This document shows positions 54,690-64,000 of a DNA stretch of 64,000 nt, piece by piece. The notes below the pieces were generated by a model. The model saw only the letters and a list, made by a program, of their open reading frames with translations. It was not told the origin of the DNA and did no database searches. A program made the position numbers and the translations under genes. Source of the stretch: Felis catus (lineage: Eukaryota); assembly GCF_018350175.1 (NCBI RefSeq), contig NC_058368.1, positions 216,878,001 through 216,942,000 on the forward strand, given 5' to 3'. Position 1 is the stretch's first letter. Each line of letters begins with the position of its first letter.

Positions 54690-56287
54690 TTAATTAATCT
54701 AAAATAAAGTTGAATGTTTTGTATGCAGTTACATGAATTTTAACACAGGAGCGTGTGTAATACAAATTACTCATGTAACTACCACAATTCCATCAGTCCA
54801 AAAAGCTCCCTCCACCTCTCTCTTTGCAGCTACAGTCTACCCCAGTCATCAACCCCTGTTAACTGCAGCTTTATTCCCCAAAACCATAGCATTTGCCTAC
54901 TAAGAATATAACATAGAAATAAATGTGCAGTATAGAACCTTTTGATGATGATTTTTTTACTCAATGTAACTCCTTTGATATTCACCCAAGTTGCTGCCTT
55001 CATATTGTGGAATAAATATTCCATTGTGCTTCTGTGCCCCAATTGGTTCATCCATTTACCTATGTGGAACATTGGGGTTGTTTCCAGTTTGGGGATATTA
55101 TGAATACAGCTGCTACAAACATTTATGTACAGGTTTTTGTATGAACATAATTTTCAACTCTCTACAGTAAATTCCTGAAAGGAATTGCTGGATCCTATAG
55201 TCAATGCATGTAGCTTTATTAGCAACTGCCAAACTATTCTCCAGCTGTACTGGGTCATTTTGCATTCGCACTTGGCAGGTATTAAAGTTCCAGTTTTTCT
55301 ATATAATCATCAGCACTTGGTATTGTATTTTTGTTATGGTTGTTGTCTTGCATTCTAATGGATATGTGGTACTATTTCATTATGTGGTTTTAAATTGCAT
55401 TTCCCTAATAGCTATATTTTAATATACCTATTTGCCATTTGTATATTCTATTTCCTTTGCTTAAATGTTTATTATTTTAGTCACTTTTTATTTCATTGTT
55501 TGTTGTTTATAATTCTGAGTTTTGAAAGCCCAGACTCCTGCTAAAGTCCTTTTGTTAGATTTAAGATTGCAAATATTCTTCCTGGATGTAGTTTGTCTTT
55601 TCCTTCTCTTCCCAGTCTCTTTTCATGGCGCACAAGTTCTTCACCTCAGTAAGTCTAATGTGTTGTTTTTTCTTTAATGGCCATGGTTTTGGTGCCATGC
55701 CTAAAATTGTGTGCCAAACACAGACTATATTTTCTCCTAAATTTTCCCCTAAAAGTTGTATAGTTTTATGTTTTACATTTAGATCAATGATCCGTCTTGA
55801 ATTAAATTTTGTATAACAGAATTTGAGTCAAAGCTCAAGTTTTCCCAATTGTTCAAGCAAGTTTGGTAAATTTTATTTTTTGATTCAGGATATGGTAAGC
55901 TAGCTGAATGTTCCATGTGCACTTGAAATGAACTTGTATTCTGCTGTTTCTGAGTTGGGTGTTCAATAGGTGCAAATTAGATCCAGTTTTTTTATAGTGT
56001 TTCTTGGTTCTCTATAACCTTGCTGATTTTCTTTCTGCCAGTTATAAAAGATTACAGAGAAGTGTGTTGAAGTGTCACTAGATAATTTAGATTCTTCTAT
56101 TTATCCTTTTAGCTTTTTCAATCATTCCTTATGTATTTTGAAGCTCTGTTGTTAGGTGCCTGTGCATTTAGGGTTTGAGCATTATTTTAGAGAACTGATC
56201 ATTTTATAATAATGCATTATCACTCTCTTCCCACAGTAATTTTCTTTTCTTTTTTCTTTTTTTTTTTTGATGCATACTTGGTGTGAT
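54690..56287 (-). mobile_element. Old L1M, 3' portion (antisense, internally deleted)
   Basis: ggttgtttccagtttggggatattatgaatacagctgct; gttttacatttagatcaatgatcc; gtattttgaagctctgttgttaggtgc. Confidence 0.85.
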
Positions 56288-56383
56288 TTTTTTTTTAGTA
56301 AACTTCACACCCAACATGAAGCTCAAAGTGGGGCTTGTATTCATGACTCTGAGATCAAGACCTGAGCTGAGATCAAGACTCAG
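56288..56383 (-). mobile_element. CAN-SINE tail and body; head missing here
   Basis: T tail, gtggggcttgtattcatgactctgagatcaagacctgagctgagatcaagactcag, then an abrupt end. Confidence 0.85.
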
Positions 56384-56791
56384 AAAATAAGAACATGAGA
56401 AAGTCTGAGAGGAAATAACCCAGGTCTATGTAGAAAATATAAGAAAAAATGAAGTTACATTTTAAAACAAGCTTAGGACGTGTTTCTTATTCTAACTGCT
56501 CACCTGTGCACGTGTAGACTCACACACACACAATGCCTCACCAAGGATCACCCATCTACATTATACAGTGAACCCAAGTTGGCCTTCCTTCCTTTCCCCA
56601 GTCCCATATGGATGCATATAACTAATAATTGCTACCTATAACAAATGAGTATTATCTTCTTGGGTTCTCCATTTACAAAGCAATAGACAAAGTATTAATG
56701 TGACATCATCCTTAAAGTTTTTACTATTTCCTATAATATTCATTATAGGCTAATACATAGTCTATACTTATAATAACATACATATATACGC

Positions 56792-56796
<5 letters not shown>

Positions 56797-56838
<42 letters not shown>
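56797..56838. repeat. (CA)n microsatellite
   Basis: Direct reading. Confidence 0.97.
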
Positions 56839-56839
<1 letters not shown>

Positions 56840-56841
56840 AG

Positions 56842-57192
56842 TGTAGGTGTTGAGTTCTTTAGATGTGATTGATATTTAAATCAAATGACTTCCCCCATAA
56901 CGTGTGTGGTCTTCATTTAATAAGTTAAAGGGCTCAGGAATAGAGACTGAGGACTTGTGGAAGAAGAAGCAATTTTGTTTCAAGACTATTACACACTTCC
57001 CTGAGTTTCCAGCCTGCAGATTTTGGACTCAAGACTGCAACGTAACTTACCTGAATTTCCAGCATTCCAAGCTGCTCTTCAGATATCAGATTTGTAAGTC
57101 CCCCAAATCATGTGAGCCAATTCCTTAAAATAAATCTCTCTTTCTCTCTGGATATATCCTATTTCTGTTTTTCTGTAGAGCCCTAACTAATA
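56842..57192 (+). mobile_element. MLT2-type LTR, 5'-truncated
   Basis: ttttggactcaagactgcaac; tgtgagccaattccttaaaataaatctctc; gagccctaactaata. Confidence 0.8.
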
Positions 57193-57229
57193 GGATGATG
57201 ATGATGATGATGATGGTAATAAATAATAA

Positions 57230-58521
57230 TTCTAACATATGTTAGAGTTCCAGAGAAAAAGAAGAATGTGGTGCAAGAAAAAAATGTTTAAAGAAATAAT
57301 AGCTAAAATCTTTCCAAAGTAAGCAAAAGATATACATTTATAGATTCAAGCAGCTTAGTAAACTCCAACCAGATACACCAAACAAATCTACACACAGAAA
57401 CGTCATAATCAGACTTCTGAAAACAAAGACAAAGGCAGCATCTTCAAAACAATAGTAAGAATAAAATGGCACTTTACCTAACACAAGATGAAATTGAAAA
57501 ATATTTATAAGGTGCTGACAAAAAATTAAGTATCCAAAATTCCACCTCTAGCAACATTCTCAGATGGAGGAAATAAAAATAAAAATGCTTCTACAAACGG
57601 ACTTTGAAAAATTTCTAAATAAATAAAATAATAGAAGATGGAGACTGGGAATATCAACAATGAAAAAAGAAACCTTAAATATCTGGTTATATAGTAAATT
57701 CTATTTTTCCATTGATTTCCTAATATTTATGTTTGACAATTTAGAGCAAAACAATAATATTGTTATATATAACTATATGTTATAGTTATATATATGTTTT
57801 ATATATATATAACTATATGAAAGTTATACATATATAACTACATATATGCTTACTCCTTCATATTGTAGTTGTCAAATACATATATATACATACAACTATT
57901 TATATATACGTAATATACATGTTATATATGTGTATATGTATATATGTTATATATGTATATATATCTTATATATAATATATATAGTTATAGTGTTTGACAA
58001 CTACAATATAAAGGAGTAAGAATAAAGAACGACAGGGCTTATATTGTGGTAATTTGTTTACATTCCATTTAATTTATTTAAATTAGATATTTAAGTAAGA
58101 TATTAATTTTAGCTAGACTGTGAGGCGTTAACTATGTATTTTGTAATCTCTAGAATACTATTAAAAAATCTTCTACAAGTAGATATATTCAAAAACACAA
58201 GGAAAATTCAATACCAGTATTTTTCAAATAACCTGAAAGAAGGTAGGAAAGGGAAAGCAGAACAAAAAACACAGGACACAGGAATACAAATAGTAAAACA
58301 GTAAATTAAACTCAAACATATCAGTAAACACATGATATATAAATTGTGTAAATAGCTTAAACATACCATTTAAGATGGAGATTTTCAGAATGAACTAAAA
58401 ACAAATAAACCAAGATTACCAACTACACATTGTCTATAAGAAATTCATTTCAAACATAATAGGCAGATTAAGAGTTAAAATCGAGAAAAGGACATGTGGC
58501 TATATTAATATCACACCAAGT
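57230..58521 (+). mobile_element. Old L1M, 5' portion (ORF1 to EN start), now in sense orientation
   Basis: gagttccagagaaaaag, gaaataatagctaaaatctttcca and gtggctatattaatatcac motifs; it is the inverted continuation of the 54690-56287 element. Confidence 0.8.
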
Positions 58522-58524
58522 GTT

Positions 58525-58548
58525 GGGACACATGGGTGGTTCAGTCAG
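58525..58548 (+). mobile_element. Detached CAN-SINE head
   Basis: gggacacatgggtggttcagtcag, next to the inverted TSD copy atcacaccaagt (58510-58521). Confidence 0.75.
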
Positions 58549-59846
58549 ATACATACTATAGATGGGTGATCCCTGGTGAGTCTTTGTGTGTGTGAGAGTC
58601 TTTGTGTGTGTGTGTGAGTGTGCATAGGTGAGCATTTAGGATAAGAAACATGTCCTATGCTTGTTTAAAAACGTAACTTTAGTTGTTCTTTTAATTTTCT
58701 ACGTAAGCCTGGCTCATTTCCTTTCAGATTTTCTCATGTTCTTATTTTCTAACAACTTAACCATTTTAATCTATTTTTCTCTCTGACGGTGGTACATACA
58801 ACTTAACAAATTGCTCTAATTAATTATAATGAAATGAGAGAATTGCACGGGGCTACAGTTTCTTTGTGCCACTGTCATGCTTGCTATTTTAACATCTGTA
58901 TCCCTTTCTTATTTGAGAATGAACTTGCCACCCTCTATGAACATTAAATCATTTCCTGCCATATTTTTATGTGGCAAATTGGTAAACACTCCATTTTAAT
59001 AATTACTGTCTTTTTTCTTCCAGAGAAGAATAAAGGAAAGGCTATTCATTCTTCTGTTTGTTTGTTTTTAATCATCTTTTCTTTATAGCATATAGACTGG
59101 TAATTGGAAGAAAATTCACCCTGCCCATCCACAATCATTTCACATGTGCTTTCCCTCATCTCTGATTAGTGCTTCTGTCTCTTTTCCTCTAATGTGTGAA
59201 ATTAGGTCTCCTTATTTTGACACGGCTTGTTAAAAGGAAGATAAATGCCATGTCCGTGTGGGTTCACGTGGCATCATGAGCTTTAAGTATCCCATGAAGC
59301 AATCATTCATAGGGTCAGGGACCATGGGTCAAATCAGGCGCAAAGGTGTGAGGAAAATGATCCATGATAATCTGAAGTAAAATGATTTTTTTAAATGTGT
59401 TAATTGCTTGATTTTATAAGTCACTAAGGGTTAGACTAAGTCAGGGAGTAGACTTCATCAAAATTCAATTTTATATAGCGCATTTAATGAAAAATAAAGG
59501 TCACAGTGTAAAAGTGCCTGGGGCATCCCATGGTTTTAAAACTGGCTGATTCTGAGAAGCTGGTGTTTAAAATACATAAGCTTCCATTATAAATTAGTTT
59601 TTAAAATAACCACTTATGGTAGGTATTTAATTTAAAAAATGTATACTATTCAATTTCAAAGTAGATCTTAGGGCAAAGGATTAGATGATGTGTTTTTCTA
59701 AGGAACATGCTTTTTTTTTTTTTTTTTTTTTTTTTGTATAAAAGGTTACTTTCACCCGCTGGAAATTAGTGGTTGTAACACATTGGAACAAAGAGCATAT
59801 TCAACTGTTTTTCAGCATCCTTCACTGTATCTTTAAAATATACAGT

Positions 59847-59948
59847 GGGGTGCCTGGCTGGCTCATTCAGTGGTGCATATACCTCTCTTTGATCTTGGAG
59901 GTTGTGAGTTCGAGCCCCGTATTAGTCATAGAGTACTTAAAAAAGTAA
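59847..59948 (+). mobile_element. Short older CAN-SINE lacking the CT tract
   Basis: tRNA-like head with B-box gagttcgagccc; TSD ttaaaatata(c/a)agt. Confidence 0.88.
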
Positions 59949-61232
59949 TTAAAATATAAAGTAGGTTTTCATTTTTATCGAAAATAAGTTTTTGCACATT
60001 GATTTTGATTCAGGAAAGTGCTACAAATAATATTTTGATATGTTTTGCTGTGTTTGTGGATTACCTATTTCTGCTAGGAAGGGAGACATGTCCGTTGAAA
60101 TCTACATGGGCAAAAGGTGAAAATTATTTTTTCATAATAAGGACAGATATGTAAGAGCCTTGGGGCCTTGAACATTATTATTACAATTTCAAAGAAAAAA
60201 TAAACCAAGTAAAATTAAATATTATTGTATGAAGCACAGTATGTTATTTAAAAATATGTGAAATATGATTATATTTCATCACTTCATAGGTACAATGATG
60301 TCATAAAATGGCATGAGATAACCGAGCAGTCAATTTTCAGGTGAATATCTCTACTCAGTAAAGTATAATAAACTCATGAAGACAGGAATTTTATTTTTTC
60401 TCTTTCATTCATTGTTATAAAATAATGTCTGTAACAGTAGTTCACATATCAAAAGCATTCAATAAAAATATTTTCAACAATGATTATTTCCTTATATCTT
60501 TTTCTTCCCTATATCTCAATTTACTTGTTTCTTTTCTACTTTGTAATACATTGCTTACATCTCTGACCTGTATTTGGAGTATAACTGGCAATGATACATT
60601 TAACTTTTGGTAACATAAATGCTCACAGTAATACCAAACACATTTTACTTCTTTGTCAAAATGCAAAATAAATAAGTTGGATACTTAAAAAAATCCATTC
60701 TTACTAAGGAAACATGTAAAATCATTTACCTTTCATATGAATTGAAAACATTTTCTTAATATCCTTTGTTTCTGTTGACTGTGCTTTTAAATCTGTAAGT
60801 TTTAATTCTTAGTAGTCTACGATTCTTTTTCTTTGTAGTTGCTGTTTCCTGTCTGGGAAACATATCTCACCAGATCTGAGCAAATAAGATTATAATTTAA
60901 TAAAAACAAAACTTGAAATTCACTAAAATTTTATTTTTTTATGGTTTGTGATGGGCTGTAAGTGTCCAATTGTATTTTCATTTGGCTTGTGAAATAACAA
61001 TTTATTCATCTCTTCAAATCCCATAAATAACTATGAGAAATTTGTAGATCTTTTATTTTATTCCACTCAAATATTTGTCTCTCCTTTTGCCAGTGGTTTG
61101 CTCTTATGATTAATGCTGACTTTATAAGAGAACTATGAAATTTTCAAACATATCGTTGCTGTTACTATTACTATTATTATTATCATTTCAAGGCAAGGAA
61201 TTATTTAAATACCATTAGAATTACTTGTTCTC

Positions 61233-61398
61233 GAGGAGCCTGGGTGGCTCAGTTGGTTAAGCCCCCAACTTCGGCTCAGGTCATGATATTGCGGTTTCTG
61301 AGTTTGAGCCCCGCGTAGGGCTCTGTGCTGACAGCTCAGAGCCTGGAACCTGCTTCAGATTCTGTGTCTCCCTCTCTCTCTACCCCTCCCCTGCTCAT

Positions 61399-61435
<37 letters not shown>

Positions 61436-61472
61436 AATAAGTAAACATTAAAAATTTTTTTTAATTAAAAAA
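61233..61472 (+). mobile_element. CAN-SINE
   Basis: TSD agaattacttgttct (61217-61231 and 61473-61487). Confidence 0.96.
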
Positions 61473-61747
61473 AGAATTACTTGTTCTTTAAAAGTTAAAT
61501 GGAAAATACCTAAGAAAATACTTGAACCTTGTGTCTCACTTTAAAATCAAAACAATTTTGGTAATTTTATACACTGGAATTAATCATTTCTTTATACATC
61601 TATAAAAAGTCAATCAGTATCTTCAGTTGATCTCTTCAATTTTTTTTACAACTATAGTTAATTCTCTTCTCTCATTGTCAAACGTGTGTGTTTTATTCTT
61701 TCTATTTTGGTTTAATCAAGCACATCAACCATCATGCTGTATGCTTT

Positions 61748-62029
61748 TTAATTAATTAATTAATTAATCTATTTATTTTTAAGTTTATTTACTTATTTTG
61801 AGAGAGACAGAGAGTACATGAGTAGGGGAGGAGCAGAGAGACAGGGAGAGAGGAAATCCCAAGCAGGCTCTGCACGGTCAGCTATTTGGTAAAGACTACT
61901 TGGTAAAATAGTTGTTTACCAAAAAGACTATTTTTTTCCCTATTGAATAGCAGGGCTCATTTTGTGAGATCATGACCTGAGCTGAAATCGAGAGTTGGGC
62001 ACTTAACTGACTGAGCCAACCAGGCACCC
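61748..62029 (-). mobile_element. CAN-SINE with a foreign internal insert
   Basis: Reverse-complement head, GA tract, TSD ctgtatgc. Confidence 0.92.
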
Positions 62030-62411
62030 CTGTATGCCTTAAATTTATATATTGACGTATGTAACCCATTTATCAATAAAACTAGAAAAAATATTTTAAA
62101 GGCAAAAAACTAGTGGGAAAAAAGTAAAAAACCACAAGGTGTTGATCGACCTTTTTTTACCATTTAAAATAAAAAATAAACCTTTTTATGATATTATTTT
62201 TTCTAGTACCCTTATTTTTATTTATTGCATTTTACTTGTACGTCTCATATAATTTTATTAATGTAAGAACAGTACTCTGTTATATTTTTGTGGTTTATGC
62301 GTATTTTCAAAATAATTTTCACATTTCCCAAAGGTTGTTTTATGTTTAATACTGAAATTTAGGTATCTGTTTAATTGCCTGTTTGATTTTAGATCATCCC
62401 TCTCCTCCATC

Positions 62412-62413
62412 AT

Positions 62414-62444
<31 letters not shown>

Positions 62445-62448
62445 TTTT
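62412..62448. repeat. (TTTA)n microsatellite
   Basis: Direct reading. Confidence 0.95.
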
Positions 62449-63752
62449 GGAAGTCACCATTCTCCTTACTCTTTTTTTTGGTTGCTGGACTCCATAAGTG
62501 AACAAGAAATTTCTACTGCTTCCCCATGACTTGTTCCCCTTGTAACCAGGGAACTGAAGAGTATAAATACTAACAGTCCCAGAGATGGTATTAGAAGCAG
62601 TGATTTCAACATGGTTAGTGATTTCAACATGGTTAGTACCACCACAATGTAGTACTGGCAAGATTCTCTTGTTCTACCCTATATCCTAGCACTTTGTCAA
62701 ACACAGGACTCTCCGGGCAATGAAATACAAGCAGTTCCTTTCAGAAGTGTTCATTTAAGCTGGAAATGCCTTTTCTTTCAAGACCTTCTTGCATGTGAGA
62801 GGACCAAACTCTCCCACTTCGGATTTCTGATGTTTGGGAGATAATTTGCCATAGTATTAGGAACTCCGGGTCTCTTGATAATGTTTGTACATTTCTGCTC
62901 AGTTGATAAATTATTTCCCTTACATCCAGTTTGTCCGTGGGCACTTCACTAATGGGCCCTGTGGATCACCAGCTTGCCCCTGACGTCCAAATGGAAGACA
63001 GATTCAACAAAACCTACAGATAATCTTGGTAGTTACAAACAATACAAAAAAATAAATATACCACCAAAAAGAGAAGTTGAAAATTAATGATAAAAAGAAA
63101 TGCACTCATTGGTTTTAAAATTGAACTGAAAGAAAATGAAGCATATTACTACATAGAACTCCTGGATAAAGAATAAAACATACAAATTTTTCAAAATATC
63201 CAAGAATTAGAAAACAAAAATTGTCATTTTCTAAAGATTATATATACTGCATAAAATTTTCCTGAAGCATTATAATACTAACATGACTCCATTTCAGATG
63301 GCAAAAATTAAACCTAAAATCTAAGTGTAACTTTTTTCAATATTACTTTCACTTAAGTTCTTGAACTTTTAGCAAAAATACTATTTTTCCCTATTGAAAA
63401 TTGTTTATGTTATCCAATATTTTATTTTACTTAAATAAAAACATTTTTTCCAAATAAAATCAGCAATTTTATAGCATTTGCTACATACATAGTGTCTCCA
63501 TAAGTTCAATGTTTTTGTGCGTTATTGAATTTCAAACACTTAGCACAATGTCCGTCCTAGAATGAGTTTTTATTACATTTACTTTTGAAGGCTGATATTA
63601 TAGATCTAATTTCTAAAAAGCCCTCAAAACAGGAACTAGTGGAACACACTTTAGACCCTGCCTAGAAATAAAATATACAATGAGAAGTTGTTGGCCATGA
63701 AACTTAACAGATTGCAAAATAAATTTCTACAGAGAAAGTAAAATAACTGCCT

Positions 63753-64000
63753 TTTAAGAACAAAACAAGCAGAGGAAAAAAAAAAAAGACAAACCAAAAA
63801 ATGGACTCTTAACTGTAGAGAACTACAGAGAACAAACTGAGGATGACAAAGGGGAGATGGGCGGAGGGAGGGGTCAAATAGGTTATGGGGATTAAGAGTA
63901 CGCTTATCATAAAAAAAAAAGAGTGCACATATCATGATGAACACTCAGTAAAGTATCGAATTATTGAATCACCATACTGTGCACCTAAAACTAATATAAC
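63753..64000 (+). mobile_element. Carnivore L1 3' UTR fragment, running off the window
   Basis: agacaaaccaaaaaatggactcttaact...gagaacaaactgagg...ggggattaagagtac...cacctaaaactaatataac. Confidence 0.88.

Overview
AT-rich mammalian non-coding DNA (intron or gene desert) from a felid. The tRNA-derived CAN-SINEs of feline SINEC_Fc type and the carnivore/felid L1 3' UTRs give the lineage. I found no intact host protein-coding gene. The ORF track is explained by L1 and Tigger remnants, SINE read-throughs and microsatellites. Contents: a near full-length dead L1 (1-5240); about 20 CAN-SINEs, many with TSDs; Tigger-family DNA transposons; solo LTRs (MER31, MLT1, MLT2, LTR33-like); old L1M, L2, L3 and MIR relics; and microsatellites. 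Two things stand out. (1) A ~2.2-kb inversion (56382-58558) that splits a CAN-SINE, its TSD and its host L1, and leaves a ~180-bp inverted duplication at the breakpoints. (2) An ungapped 44-bp-arm hairpin in apparently unique sequence (28200-28303) that would cover the 3' splice site and most of a candidate 51-nt minus-strand exon. Several small templated or tandem micro-rearrangements are also visible. All repeat family names come from recalled consensus similarity, not from a database search. I see no convincing new multi-gene system.
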